A stretch of DNA of 64,000 bases, taken from Candidatus Marinacidobacterales bacterium (GTDB lineage: Bacteria > Acidobacteriota > Vicinamibacteria > Marinacidobacterales > SMYC01). Positions 40,995-51,610 of the stretch are shown here, piece by piece. A model generated the notes under the pieces. It was not told where the DNA came from. It saw only the letters and a program-made list of their open reading frames with translations, and made no database searches. The stretch lies in the NCBI GenBank assembly GCA_965224085.1, contig CBDCYI010000005.1, forward strand, positions 384,001 through 448,000. The letters are read 5' to 3'. Position numbers and translations under genes: made by a program. Position 1 is the stretch's first letter, and every line of letters starts with the position of its first letter.

Positions 40995-43493
40995 GTGAGC
41001 CCAATCGCTGCAACTCTGGCCACGCTAGTCATTTTCTTTGCTCCGGGCCTACTCCTGGTGTCGGGCCTCGGCGGCACGCGAAGCGTTTTTCTGACCTTCG
41101 CAGAGCAGCTCTACTTGTCGGTGGCAGGAAGCCTCGTCATCTCCGGCTGGGTGGGGCTGGGCCTCGCTGGGCTCGGCCGTTTCACGCCCGTTCATGTCGC
41201 CGCGCTCGTTGCTGGGCTCGTGGCGCTCTTGGCGTTTGTCGCAAGAAAACGGCTATCCCTTCGTCCGGGGACGTTCGACGGACGGGAGCTGGCCGTGGCC
41301 GGCGGATTGCTCGCCTTTGCCGTCGTGATCTATTTCCCGCCCTTCGAGCACATCCTTGGCGGACGGGATCCGGGCATCTACGTCAATACTGGATTCCACT
41401 TGGCGCGCGAGGGGAATCTCACGTTCACGGATCCGCTGATCGCAAGCGTTCCACAAGAGGACTGGGCCTTGTTCTTCCGCGTCGACAAAGAGATTCCGGA
41501 CTGGAGCCATTTGCGCTTTCAGGGTTATGCGCTCGAGTCGCCGGCCACGGCGCGCGTGACGCCGCACGGCCTTCACCTCTACTCGACTTGGGTCGGCACC
41601 GCCGCCGCGATCTTCCAAATGAAGTCGGGCCTCTACGCAACGCCTTTTTTCTCCATGATGGGCGCACTCGGCTTTTTCTTCGCGATCAAGCGCTTATTCG
41701 GGTTCGAAGCCGCCGCCTGGGCGGGTGCTTTCCTCACGGTCTTTCAGATCCAGATCTGGTTCGCCCGTTTTCCGAACTCCGAGGTCGTCGTGCAGTTCCT
41801 CTATGCCACGGCACTTCTGCTGTTCTATTTCATGGAGGAGAAGCGCTCAGCGCTCGCGGGTGCTTTGGCGGGCGTGGCTCTCGGCTCGACGCTTCTCGCA
41901 CGCATCGAGAACGTTCTCTTTCTCGTACCCGTTGCTCTCTTTTTCGGGTGGAAGAGACTGCGCCGCGAGCTCGGCGCTCCGGAGCTCACCTTTCTCGGCG
42001 GCTTCGGCCTCGTGGCCCTTCATGCAGTCCTTCACGATCGATTCATCGCCTGGCCTTACGTGTCGAGCGTACTCGGCCGGCACTATTGGCGCTTTCTCGG
42101 AGAGAACCTCTTTCTCGTTGCTCTCATAGCGGCAGGCGCCGCTGTCGCCATCGACCGCCTCGCCACAGCACTTCCGGCTTCGATTTACGATCGCTTGCGA
42201 TCGGAAAAGCTCCGCATCTTCGTGGCAATAGCGCTCGCGGGCTTGGCGCTTTTCACTTATTTCGTGCGCCCTTTCTGGCACGGCCCGCGCACGGCGCCCC
42301 ATGACGCCGAAGCGTTTGTGCGCATGAGCTGGTATCTCTATCCGATCGGGGTCGGCTTCGCGGTGGCGGGGGCCATGTGGCTCATTGTGCGGGCCCGGAA
42401 AAGCCAAGTCTTCTTCCTCCTCGTCGGGCTCACGTTCTCGCTCTTCTTCTTCTACAAAGTCCGCGTATGGCACGACCACTATTTCGCGATGCGTCGGTTC
42501 ATCCCCGTCATCTTGCCGAGCTTCATCGCTTGCATGAGCCTCTTTCTCGCGAGCCTCCACGCGCCGACTCGTCGATTCATGAGCGCGGGCTCGCGCGTCA
42601 TCGCTGTGCTCCTCCTCGTGCTCTACCTCTCCGAAGGCCGGCGCCTCTGGGCGGTGTCTGGACACGAGGAGTTTCGCGGGAGCCTCGACTTCGTGGAAGA
42701 CCTCGCGCGCCACATCGGGGATAACGACGTCGTCATCTTCCCTCGTCGAGAAGGCCTGCACCTGCTCGAGCTCCCCTTGGCCGAGCTCGAAGGCAAAAAG
42801 GTCCTCGAGTTCTACTCGTTGAAACCTCCTCGCGATCAGCTGGAAGATTTGCTCGTGCAATGGCGCGGCGTCTACGGCGACGTCTACTTCGTCACCAACT
42901 ACAAAATCTCGCTTTCCGGGCTCTTCACCCGGCACGTCAAGGATTTCTGGTTCGCGACCGAGAAGTTCCAATATGCCTATACGAGCCCGCCGGCGGGGGC
43001 GGAGCCGTTCCACCTTCGCTTTACCTTGTCGAAGGCGGTAGACCTCGACGATTTGGCCGAGCGCGTCCCCGAGCTTCCCTTCCTGGACGTGGGTGGGAGT
43101 GATGATCTACAAGTATCCTGGTTTCACGAGAAGGAGCTCGATGAAGAAGGGACGAGCTACCGATGGAGTCAAAGGATATCGCCCATCTTTCTCCCCGCCA
43201 TCGGCGGCGGCTCGAAACACCTCGCGATCCGCCTAGCCGGGCCAAAGGAAGAAGACGCGCCCAATCACTCCGTCGAAATTAGCCTCGGCGAAGAGGTTCT
43301 GGAAACGATCACGCCGAGCCGAAGCTTCGAGAATTACCTTCTCGACATCCCAGAGGCCCTCGCCATGCGCGAGGACGTCACCTATTCGATCCTCACGCTT
43401 CGAAGCAAAACGTGGCGCCCTTCGAACTGGATAGCGGGCTCCACGGATGTGCGCGATCTCGGTGTTCGGATCGAATCGATTGAAGTGCGGTAA
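40995..43493 (+). CDS. Polytopic membrane protein, probable GT-C glycosyltransferase
   Basis: More than 12 TM segments; GGRDPGIY loop; WFARFPNSE; RRFIP; soluble C-terminal domain. Confidence 0.7.
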   Translation: MSPIAATLATLVIFFAPGLLLVSGLGGTRSVFLTFAEQLYLSVAGSLVISGWVGLGLAGLGRFTPVHVAALVAGLVALLAFVARKRLSLRPGTFDGRELAVAGGLLAFAVVIYFPPFEHILGGRDPGIYVNTGFHLAREGNLTFTDPLIASVPQEDWALFFRVDKEIPDWSHLRFQGYALESPATARVTPHGLHLYSTWVGTAAAIFQMKSGLYATPFFSMMGALGFFFAIKRLFGFEAAAWAGAFLTVFQIQIWFARFPNSEVVVQFLYATALLLFYFMEEKRSALAGALAGVALGSTLLARIENVLFLVPVALFFGWKRLRRELGAPELTFLGGFGLVALHAVLHDRFIAWPYVSSVLGRHYWRFLGENLFLVALIAAGAAVAIDRLATALPASIYDRLRSEKLRIFVAIALAGLALFTYFVRPFWHGPRTAPHDAEAFVRMSWYLYPIGVGFAVAGAMWLIVRARKSQVFFLLVGLTFSLFFFYKVRVWHDHYFAMRRFIPVILPSFIACMSLFLASLHAPTRRFMSAGSRVIAVLLLVLYLSEGRRLWAVSGHEEFRGSLDFVEDLARHIGDNDVVIFPRREGLHLLELPLAELEGKKVLEFYSLKPPRDQLEDLLVQWRGVYGDVYFVTNYKISLSGLFTRHVKDFWFATEKFQYAYTSPPAGAEPFHLRFTLSKAVDLDDLAERVPELPFLDVGGSDDLQVSWFHEKELDEEGTSYRWSQRISPIFLPAIGGGSKHLAIRLAGPKEEDAPNHSVEISLGEEVLETITPSRSFENYLLDIPEALAMREDVTYSILTLRSKTWRPSNWIAGSTDVRDLGVRIESIEVR

Positions 43494-43512
43494 TCGACCA
43501 AAGGAGGACGCC

Positions 43513-44409
43513 ATGCGGTTAGCGATGCTACTGCTCACTTTTGCAAGCGCGTCGGAAGCGGCACGAATCAACAAAGCCATCGAGCTTCTCGCCCAAGGAC
43601 AGCCCGTCTATTACACGACGAGCCGCGGCGGCTACGAAGAAGGCAAAGCGCTCGCACAAACCTGGGCGGATTACATCAACTACGAGCTCGAGCACGGCGC
43701 ATTCGACGTCACCAAGCTACGAGAGTTCATGCAAGGCCTCGTGGATGGCGGGCCGACCCCGAGCGGGCATCGCACGCCCGCCGTCGTCGCTACCATCCCC
43801 GCGCTCGGTCTCGATGAAGCGATGATGCGCGCCAACGGATGGGTCGTGCAACAAGTGCTGGCGGCCGGAGTGCACGGCGTCATCCTCTGCCACGCCCGCA
43901 CGGCCGGCGCCGTGGGCGCGTTCGTACAAGCGGCGCGCTACCCGTTTCACGAGCAGGAGGTCGGCGGCGGCTTGGAAGAAGGCCTGCGCGGCAGCGGAAG
44001 TCAACATTTCGCGGCGCAGATCTGGGGGATTTCATCGGGCGACTATCTGAAAGTCGCCGATACGTGGCCGCTGAACCCGGAAGGCGAGATCTTGCTCGGG
44101 TTGAAGATCGAGGATCGCCACGCGCTCGAGAACACGGAAGCCACAACCAAAGTGCCGGGCGTCGGATTCGCGGAGTGGGGTCCGGGCGACATGAGCTTCT
44201 CGTACGGTTTTCTCTCGAGGCCGCGGCCCGACCCGCAAGTGCTCGTTGACGCGCGGGCGCGGGTTTTGGCGGCGACCAAAGCCGCGAGAATTTTCTTTCT
44301 GAACTCCGTCACGTCGGACAACGTTGAAGCCCAGATCGACGACGGGATGATGATCGGCGCCGCCAATGAAGAAGCGGCCCGTAAAGGGCGCGTTTACTCG
44401 CGCCGCTAG
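43513..44409 (+). CDS. HpcH/HpaI aldolase/citrate-lyase-family protein with signal peptide
   Basis: RBS aaggagg; ELEHGAFD, LLGLKIED, EWGPGDM. Confidence 0.78.
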   Translation: MRLAMLLLTFASASEAARINKAIELLAQGQPVYYTTSRGGYEEGKALAQTWADYINYELEHGAFDVTKLREFMQGLVDGGPTPSGHRTPAVVATIPALGLDEAMMRANGWVVQQVLAAGVHGVILCHARTAGAVGAFVQAARYPFHEQEVGGGLEEGLRGSGSQHFAAQIWGISSGDYLKVADTWPLNPEGEILLGLKIEDRHALENTEATTKVPGVGFAEWGPGDMSFSYGFLSRPRPDPQVLVDARARVLAATKAARIFFLNSVTSDNVEAQIDDGMMIGAANEEAARKGRVYSRR

Positions 44410-44416
44410 CCCTCGA

Positions 44417-45487
44417 CTAGTGGACTGTAACAGCTGAACGTTTAGTAGTTTTGATGCGCCGTGACGGATCGTTGTAGGTCCACTTCACGGGCTTAGGGTC
44501 TTTGTTGTACTTGCGAATGTAGCGCATGATCTTGCGGGTTAGGTCTTTGGTGGAGGTGAACACTCCTCGATGGATCAGGTCGCGCTCGATCTTGGAGAAC
44601 CAGAGCTCGACTTTGTTCAGCCAGGAGGAGTAGGTGGGTGTGAAGTGCAATTGGAGTTTCGGATTGGCCTGGAGGAACTCGGTGACCTTGGCAGTTTTGT
44701 GGGCCGAGAGATTGTCGAGGATGACGTGAATTTCACGCTTTCGCTTGTGGCTCGCAACCAGCTGCTCCAAGAAGGCGACAAACTCCTGGCTGGTATGTCG
44801 GCGGACGGTCTTGCCAAAAACTTCCCCCGTCTTCGTGTCAAAGGCGGCGTAGAGAGAAAGCGTTCCATTCCGGACGTACTCGAAACCGTGTCTTTCGGCC
44901 CGCCCGGGAGACAACGGCAAGATCGGGTCCCGTCGATCCAGGGCTTGGATCGCCGTTTTCTCGTCAATACAAAACACCGCAGCGTGCTGAGGCGGATTCA
45001 TATAGAGACCGATGACATCCGCTGCCTTCTTCTCGAAATCCGGGTCGTTGGACGCTTTGTAATATTCAATTCGGTGTGGCTGTAGACCGTGTTTTTTCCA
45101 AGTACGAGCCACCATCATGTGATGGATTCCCAGTTTCTTCGCAAGTCGGCGCGTGCTCCAGTGAGTCGAGCCGTCGGTCGGGCTCTTTTGAGTCCACGAA
45201 AGAATCCGTGCTTCCATCCGAGGCGTGAGCACCTGAACCGGACGTCCCTCGTGACGCGAGTACAGACCTGCCAGCCGCTCCTCCAAGAATCGGCGCTTCC
45301 ACTTGCTGACAAAAGGCGCCGTGCAGCCTACCCACTGCTGCACCTGCGTGTAGCTCGCACCTTCGTCCAACAAGAGCAACACGCGAGCAATCCGCGCGTC
45401 GTCAGCACGACCGCTACGGCTCGAAACTCGTTTGCCAAGTTCCCTACGTTCCGCTCGAGTCAAAACAACGCTGGTCCTCTCTTGCAT
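44417..45487 (-). CDS. IS630 transposase
   Basis: THWSTRRLA, CIDEKT, ILDNLSAHK, FTPTYSSWLNKVELWF. Confidence 0.96.
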   Translation of the reverse strand: MQERTSVVLTRAERRELGKRVSSRSGRADDARIARVLLLLDEGASYTQVQQWVGCTAPFVSKWKRRFLEERLAGLYSRHEGRPVQVLTPRMEARILSWTQKSPTDGSTHWSTRRLAKKLGIHHMMVARTWKKHGLQPHRIEYYKASNDPDFEKKAADVIGLYMNPPQHAAVFCIDEKTAIQALDRRDPILPLSPGRAERHGFEYVRNGTLSLYAAFDTKTGEVFGKTVRRHTSQEFVAFLEQLVASHKRKREIHVILDNLSAHKTAKVTEFLQANPKLQLHFTPTYSSWLNKVELWFSKIERDLIHRGVFTSTKDLTRKIMRYIRKYNKDPKPVKWTYNDPSRRIKTTKRSAVTVH

Positions 45488-45530
45488 GAGAGAAGTATAT
45501 CACTAAATGCTTATTTGTTACAGTCCACTA
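44418..45530 (-). mobile_element. IS630-family insertion sequence
   Basis: IRs tagtggactgtaaca / tgttacagtccacta; inserted in CTAG with TA duplication. Confidence 0.95.
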
Positions 45531-46482
45531 GGGTGCTGACGTGCGCGGTGGCGGCTTTGGCCAGGCCATCGATGTTGTAGCCCCCTTCGAGTAGAGATAC
45601 TAGGCGGCCGTCACAATATTGGTCGGCGACGTCCATCGCCGTCCGCGTCATGCGGCGAAACGCGTCGTCGGTGACGTCGAAGCAGCCAAGTGTATCTTCT
45701 TTGCGACTGTCGAAGCCGGCCGAAACGATGACGAAGTCAGGCTCGAACCTGGCGGCGGCCGGGAGCAGCTTTTTGTCCCAGGCGCGCAGCATGTCCACGT
45801 CTTTGGAGCCGCATTCGAGATGGACGTTGATATTCAACCCGCTTCCCTCCCCTTTACCCCCGAGAGAGGGATCGCCCGTCCCCGGATAAGCGTGCCAGTC
45901 ATGGCTTGAATAGAAGAGCACGGTGGGATCGTCATAGAACGTGTTCTGAGTGCCGTTGCCGTGGTGATAGTCCCAATCGATGATCAGGATCTTCTCGTAG
46001 CCGAATACGGACTGTGCATATTTCGCCGCGATCGCGGCATTGCTGTAGAAGCAGAACCCTTCTTCCCTGCCGGTATTGTTGGCGTGGTGGCCCGGGGGCC
46101 GGATCGCGCAGAACGCGTTGCGCACCTCTCCATGCGACACGGCGGAGACCGCAGCTAAAGCCCCTCCCACCGCGGCTTTCGCCACCCGACCCGTCGTTTC
46201 GATTTGTTGAATGGAGGCGACGTGCTCGGCGGTGTGATGGGCCCCGATGTGTGGAAGCGGCTCGTCGAGCCTCGAGATTGGCGTAACCTCCTCGTCGAGG
46301 CACTCGCGTTTCATTTCGAGGAGGATGCGCCGGAGCCGTTCCGGAGATTCCGGATGATCGGGTCGAAGCACATGGTCCAAATAGATCGCGTCATAGACAA
46401 ATCCTGTGGACGGTCTCGATTCTCGAGACAAGGCCAGAGGCGCGAGACTCAGCGCTCGGACGAATTCGCGGCGAGTGGTCAT
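45511..46482 (-). CDS. Histone deacetylase-family amidohydrolase with Tat-like signal
   Basis: HPESPERL, RPPGHHA, GFC, IDWDYHHGNGTQ, SAGFD, LEGGY; MTTRREFV leader. Confidence 0.93.
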   Translation of the reverse strand: MTTRREFVRALSLAPLALSRESRPSTGFVYDAIYLDHVLRPDHPESPERLRRILLEMKRECLDEEVTPISRLDEPLPHIGAHHTAEHVASIQQIETTGRVAKAAVGGALAAVSAVSHGEVRNAFCAIRPPGHHANNTGREEGFCFYSNAAIAAKYAQSVFGYEKILIIDWDYHHGNGTQNTFYDDPTVLFYSSHDWHAYPGTGDPSLGGKGEGSGLNINVHLECGSKDVDMLRAWDKKLLPAAARFEPDFVIVSAGFDSRKEDTLGCFDVTDDAFRRMTRTAMDVADQYCDGRLVSLLEGGYNIDGLAKAATAHVSTLVDCNK

Positions 46483-46580
46483 GAGAACCTCCCGGCCAAG
46501 TCTATCGAAGCTTTTGGACTTGCGCAGCTCTCAGGGTCGGGTGACACCGTGAAACGGCACTGGCTCAGCCAACGTGCGAC

Positions 46581-49139
46581 CTAGCCGGCGCGCAAGATTG
46601 AAAGCGGCTTGTGGCGGAGGACGTCGAGCGTCACGATAACGCCGATGAGGCTGACCGAGGTGGCGGCGACGAGCACGGCGACCGTGTTCGTCAGAAACGC
46701 GACCCGAAACGGGATCTCGAGCACTTGGCTGCTCAAAAGAAACGTCAGCACTTGCGCACCGAGGGCGCCGATTAAGCCCGCGACAGCGCCTAGGGTCCCG
46801 TATTCGAACAACATCATCGTCGCTACCCGGCCGCGGCTCGCGCCGAGCGTTCGGAATATCGCGGTCTCGTAGCGGCGTTGATATTTCGTCATCGCCACCG
46901 AGCCGAGCAGAATGAGCGCGCCGCTCACAAGCGCCACGCTCCCGACGACGGAGATCGCGAGCGAAATTTTCTCTACGACTTGCGCGAGCGCATCGAGGAT
47001 GTCGCGAAGGTCGACGACGGAGACGTTGTGGAAAGAAGCGAGAACGCGGCGTTGAAACTCCGCGCGCTCGAGAGCGTCGTTGGGTGCCTTGATGAAGCCG
47101 GCATAGGTGTTCGGAACTTTCTCGAGCCCGCCCGGCCGAAAGACGAACATGAAGCCGCCATTGCGCGCGTCGCTCCACTCCACATCTCGGATGCTCGTGA
47201 CCGTGGCTTCCATCGGTCGTCCCATGATGTCGAACGTGATCTTGTCGCCTACGTCCATCTCGTAGCGCCGGCGCAAGCTCGATTCAATCGAGACTTCGAG
47301 GTGCGGAGAGTGGCTTTCGTCCCAGAACCGTCCGGCGGCGATGCGCTCGTTGTCGTCCAAATGATTGCGGTAGGTAACCGTGTACTCGCGGCCGAGCCCG
47401 CCGTACTCGCGCACTTTCTCGTAGGATTCGAGCTGGGCCTTCGTGCCGTCGACGCGCACGACACGCGCGCGCAGCACCGGCACGAGGTTCACGTGACTCG
47501 CGCCTGAATCCCATGCCCGGGCTTCGAGAGTCTCGACCTGATCTCTTTGTATGTCGATGAAGAACATGTCGGGTGCACCGTCCCGCAGCTCGACGGCGAA
47601 CTCCGCGAGAAGATTCTCTTGGATGCTGCGAACGGTCAGGACGAAGCAGGCGCCCACCCCGACGGCGAGCAAGATCACCCGCGTCTGATTGCCCGGGCGG
47701 CTGACGTTCAAGACGGCGTGCCGCAGCGGGAAGTACGCTTTCTTGGCGATGGGCGCTACCGCTCTGACGAGACCGACGCCCGCAAAATGAAGGCAGAGGC
47801 TGACGACGGCAAACGTGCCGCAGACATACGCACCGACGAGAAGCGAGTCCGCTTGCCACGACGCGAGCCCCACCAATGCTGTGAGCAGGAAAAATCCCGC
47901 GCCGACTTGAAGCCGGTCGAGCTTTTGGAGCCGCCCGCGAAGACCGCCGCCTCGCACCTGGGGCTCCAACTGCCCTTCGGGGCGCAAAAGCCAAAGTGGC
48001 CGGACGAGACGGACATGCAGGAGCGGAATGAGCGAGAAGAGCGTCGAGACCAAAAGACCAATACCCACGCCTTGCACGATGGCCGACCCCGTGAGGCTGA
48101 GCTCGACATCCTGGAGATCAAGCCCTAGCCCGGGCGGGATGGCTGCTATCGCCCCCGCCGCGAAGACGACGCCGGCGACGCTTCCCAAAGCGCTTAGTGC
48201 CATCACTTGAAAGAAATAGATCGCGAGCACTTGGCGCGTGCTCGCGCCGAGACACTTGAGAACCGCGATGCTCTTGAGCTTTTGCGCGACGAAAACGCGC
48301 ACGACGCTCCAAACGCCTACGCCGCCAAGGATGAGAATGACGAAGCCCGCGAGGCTCAAATAACTCTCGCCGCGATTCAGGCGGCGAGCGAGCCGGTCTC
48401 CCGCTTCGCGATAGGACCGAACCCGGACGAACTCGTTCGCAAGCGCGCCTTGTAGATCCCAAACGAGATCTTGGATCCCCTCTTCTTCCATGCGCACGAG
48501 AATTTGCCGCCAGACGCGGCCGCCGAAGTCGACAAGCCCTGTCTCCGCAATATCTGCGTAGTCGACGAAGACCCTCGGCCCCATCGTAAACATCCTGAGG
48601 CTACGCCCCGCTTCGCGCACGACGATGCCTCGGATCTCGAACCTGTGCTCGCCAATCCGGATGTTGTCGCCGACTTCTAACTCGAGACGGGTGAGAAGCT
48701 CGGGCCGCACGACAGCCCCGCCATTGTCGAGGAGCGCGTGCTCGTAAGTCGCACCCGCGAGCTCGATCTTCCCGTAATACGGGAAGCCCTCCTCGATGGC
48801 GCGAAGCTCCACCAGTGTCGAGGCCTCGCTCTCGTCATCATCGCGCCGCGCCATCGTCGTCGACTCGATCGCGCGAGACGTCCCGAGCACACCGTGCTTC
48901 TCGAGCTTTTCCTCGATGATGGAAGCCGCATTATCGGTGTAAGCGCGGTTGCTATATATGAGGATGTCCGCGGCGGTGAGACTCTTCGACTCTTTCATTA
49001 GCGCCGTGCGGACGCTCTGAATGACCGAGCGGAGTGCCACCATCGATGCAACACCCACGGCGATACAGAGAAAGAAGAAAACGAGCCGGCTCCACGAAGC
49101 GCGCATCTCCCGCCCAGCCATGCGTAGGACGAATCTCAC
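46581..49139 (-). CDS. FtsX-like ABC permease (YbbP-like)
   Basis: CIAVGVA, IAVLKCLGA, PDMFFIDIQ, AIFRTLGA; two FtsX halves. Confidence 0.9.
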   Translation of the reverse strand: MRFVLRMAGREMRASWSRLVFFFLCIAVGVASMVALRSVIQSVRTALMKESKSLTAADILIYSNRAYTDNAASIIEEKLEKHGVLGTSRAIESTTMARRDDDESEASTLVELRAIEEGFPYYGKIELAGATYEHALLDNGGAVVRPELLTRLELEVGDNIRIGEHRFEIRGIVVREAGRSLRMFTMGPRVFVDYADIAETGLVDFGGRVWRQILVRMEEEGIQDLVWDLQGALANEFVRVRSYREAGDRLARRLNRGESYLSLAGFVILILGGVGVWSVVRVFVAQKLKSIAVLKCLGASTRQVLAIYFFQVMALSALGSVAGVVFAAGAIAAIPPGLGLDLQDVELSLTGSAIVQGVGIGLLVSTLFSLIPLLHVRLVRPLWLLRPEGQLEPQVRGGGLRGRLQKLDRLQVGAGFFLLTALVGLASWQADSLLVGAYVCGTFAVVSLCLHFAGVGLVRAVAPIAKKAYFPLRHAVLNVSRPGNQTRVILLAVGVGACFVLTVRSIQENLLAEFAVELRDGAPDMFFIDIQRDQVETLEARAWDSGASHVNLVPVLRARVVRVDGTKAQLESYEKVREYGGLGREYTVTYRNHLDDNERIAAGRFWDESHSPHLEVSIESSLRRRYEMDVGDKITFDIMGRPMEATVTSIRDVEWSDARNGGFMFVFRPGGLEKVPNTYAGFIKAPNDALERAEFQRRVLASFHNVSVVDLRDILDALAQVVEKISLAISVVGSVALVSGALILLGSVAMTKYQRRYETAIFRTLGASRGRVATMMLFEYGTLGAVAGLIGALGAQVLTFLLSSQVLEIPFRVAFLTNTVAVLVAATSVSLIGVIVTLDVLRHKPLSILRAG

Positions 49140-49145
49140 TTGGGC

Positions 49146-49853
49146 TCAGCTCCCGGCCGCGGCCGTTTGAACGTCCGTGGCGTCGTGGGTCTCGATGAGG
49201 TCGATGCGCCCGTCTTTGAGGACGAGAGTAACGTCCGACATGCGCGCGATCTCGGTATTGTGGGTCGCGAGCACGATCGTCGTCTTGCGCCGCTCATGGA
49301 CGGCGAGGATGATGTCAATGATGTGCTTGCCGTTCGAGCTGTCGAGGTTCCCCGTCGGCTCATCCGCGAGCAGAATAGGCGGGTCGTTCGCCAAAGCGCG
49401 TGCGATGGCCACTCTCTGCTGCTCGCCGCCTGATAGTTGCGACGGGTAGTGATGCGTTCTTTCCGAAAGCCCGACTTCGTCGAGAAGCGCGCGCGATTTC
49501 TTCTCCGCATCCGCAATGCCGAAGAGCTCCATCGGCACGAGCACGTTCTCGAGCGCCGTCAGCGACGGCAGCAAGTGAAAGAACTGAAACACGAAGCCGA
49601 TGCGCTCGCCCCGGAGGCGCGCGAGCTCGTCTTCGCTCAACTCGACGAGATTGACTCCGTCGACAAGGACGCTGCCATCCGTTGGCGCGTCGAGCCCGGC
49701 AATCAAACCGAGGAGCGTCGACTTACCGCTTCCCGACGGGCCCACGATGGCGAGGAACTGCCCTTCCGGCACTTCGAGATCGAGCGGGTGAAGAATCGTT
49801 AGATCCTCGGACCCGCTGGCGACGACTTTCTTGACTTGTTCGAGGCGAATCAT
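49146..49853 (-). CDS. ABC transporter ATP-binding protein (YbbA/LolD-like)
   Basis: [32 protein letters not shown]. Confidence 0.95.
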   Translation of the reverse strand: MIRLEQVKKVVASGSEDLTILHPLDLEVPEGQFLAIVGPSGSGKSTLLGLIAGLDAPTDGSVLVDGVNLVELSEDELARLRGERIGFVFQFFHLLPSLTALENVLVPMELFGIADAEKKSRALLDEVGLSERTHHYPSQLSGGEQQRVAIARALANDPPILLADEPTGNLDSSNGKHIIDIILAVHERRKTTIVLATHNTEIARMSDVTLVLKDGRIDLIETHDATDVQTAAAGS

Positions 49854-50542
49854 TGAAGCATCGGCTTCAAGTACTTCCAGACGTTGTCGGCAACGATACG
49901 AGCGCCGGCGGCGTTGGGATGTTTGCCGTCCGACTGGTTGAGCGACGCCACGCCCGCAACGTCTTCGAGCAGATTGGGCATGAATGTCACATCCCGCTCC
50001 TCGGCGAGCTGAGCATAGACAGCGAGCAGATTTCGAATGTAGCGGTCGTCCGGCACCTCCTCCGAGCCGAGCCCGGCGAGGAGGACCGGGATGCCTCGTG
50101 CCTCGACACCATCGATAATCGTCCCGAGATTCTTTTTCATTTCGCTCGGCGGCAAACCGCGCAAGCCGTCATTGCCTCCGAGCGCGAGGACGAACGCCGC
50201 CACGTCACGGTCTTCGAGAACCCAGTCGAGCCGGCGGACCCCACCGGCGGAAGTGTCCCCCGAAACGCCGGCATTGATCACTTCATAAGGATAGCCGGCG
50301 GCATCAACGAGCTCCTGAAGGTCCGCGGGATAAGCTTCGTTCTGACCGATGCCGAAGCCGGCAGTCAGGCTGTCGCCGAAAGCAACGATCTTTCGCTGGT
50401 GGTGACGATCTAGGTGGGCCGGGTCGGCTAGGGCTTCTGCGGCCGTGGTAGGCTCCGGCCGCTCGGGAGGCGCCTGCTCGACTGGGCGCTCGTCACAGCC
50501 CAGGAGGCAGAAAAGCGCGATCCACCCGCCAACAAGCCGCAT
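49850..50542 (-). CDS. tesA: GDSL/SGNH arylesterase lipoprotein (TesA-like)
   Basis: FGDSLTAG, NAGVSGDTS, LGGNDGLRG, DGKHP; lipobox LLGC. Confidence 0.88.
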   Translation of the reverse strand: MRLVGGWIALFCLLGCDERPVEQAPPERPEPTTAAEALADPAHLDRHHQRKIVAFGDSLTAGFGIGQNEAYPADLQELVDAAGYPYEVINAGVSGDTSAGGVRRLDWVLEDRDVAAFVLALGGNDGLRGLPPSEMKKNLGTIIDGVEARGIPVLLAGLGSEEVPDDRYIRNLLAVYAQLAEERDVTFMPNLLEDVAGVASLNQSDGKHPNAAGARIVADNVWKYLKPMLQ

Positions 50543-50648
50543 GGACCTAGACTAACCATCCCTTCCGCTGGACGCCAGCGGAATCGCTTGAAAAGACCAG
50601 GCACTCTGTCTAGAATCCGCCCGCACAGAGATAAGAAAAGGAAGAAAA

Positions 50649-51077
50649 ATGGCGAAACTCACCAATCCTGAATCCTTGGCCACGGACGTCCAACAAGCCT
50701 TCGAGGCGCTGCGCTCCGAGCACAAGCTTCGCTCGGTCACGGACGAAGAGAGCGGCACCGGCGTCGACCGGCTGGCCCAGGGCGTGTACGGCTTCACCTA
50801 TTCCCCTGCGGTCGAGAACTTTCCGCTCTTCAAGGAACGCGATCTGCGCAGCTACGAAGGCCACAAGCTCGCGGACGGAAGCGTCCTCGTTCTCGGTTTT
50901 CTCACGGCGGCCGAAAAACAGACCACCGACGAGGCGTCCGGCACCGGCACGATCCACCTTTTCGCCGAGCCCAAAGACGACGCCACCGAGCTCGTTCGCA
51001 TTCCCATGAAGCGCGTGAAGCGCTCCGTGGAACATTCTCAGCGTGGCGACAAAGGGCTCGAAATCGAGCTCGGCTAG
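50649..51077 (+). CDS. Hypothetical protein
   Basis: Purine-rich RBS, host-like codon usage, natural composition. Confidence 0.7.
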   Translation: MAKLTNPESLATDVQQAFEALRSEHKLRSVTDEESGTGVDRLAQGVYGFTYSPAVENFPLFKERDLRSYEGHKLADGSVLVLGFLTAAEKQTTDEASGTGTIHLFAEPKDDATELVRIPMKRVKRSVEHSQRGDKGLEIELG

Positions 51078-51081
51078 TGCA

Positions 51082-51405
51082 CTAGCGCATGGTTGCGAGC
51101 ATGCGCTGCGCCACGTCCTGATTGATATCCGCGGGGACAGGCTGGGGCCCGTTCACCAAACCAATCGTTTGCCCGACGCCGTGCTGGTTCTCTACGATCG
51201 ATTTCAGAGGCTGTCATTGATGACGATGACCGGGAATTTCACCTGGCTGCTGAGCTCTTCGCGAAGGCGGTTCGCGCCCGTCGTCGTCTCCTCCGTGCCG
51301 CCGACAATCATCGTGCGTTTCAAGAGCGCGAGGGCCGCCAGATCAGCACCGTTGTCGAGGAGCAAGCTGGGCGTGTGCTCGACAACGCGCTCGAGGTTTT
51401 GCAGC
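51082..51405 (-). pseudogene. Adenosylhomocysteinase remnant (internal piece plus C-terminus)
   Basis: LLLDNGADL, GGTEETTTG, FPVIVINDS[fs]LKSIVENQHGVGQT, then jumps to PQPVPADINQDVAQRMLATMR*. Confidence 0.75.
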
Positions 51406-51569
51406 TCGAGCAGGTTCATGCTGTCTGCGGACGGCCGGAAAGCGCAATCCTCCGAACGAAGCCCGTCCGTGGCCCAGTGATAGCGAAAGGCTAGCCCGTC
51501 GATAAAGCGGGCAAAAACCGTCGTTCCTGAGAGCACTTCGGGATGGCCGGAGATCTCGTTCCCAAACAT
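51406..51569 (-). pseudogene. N-terminal fragment of a DinB-like protein fused to the AhcY remnant
   Basis: FIDGLAFRYHWATDGLRSEDCAFRPSADSMNLLEL, then an abrupt switch; junction approximate. Confidence 0.5.
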
Positions 51570-51610
51570 GGTTTTCAGCGCTTACCACCAACCCGTGCTA
51601 ACCTGCGTGT

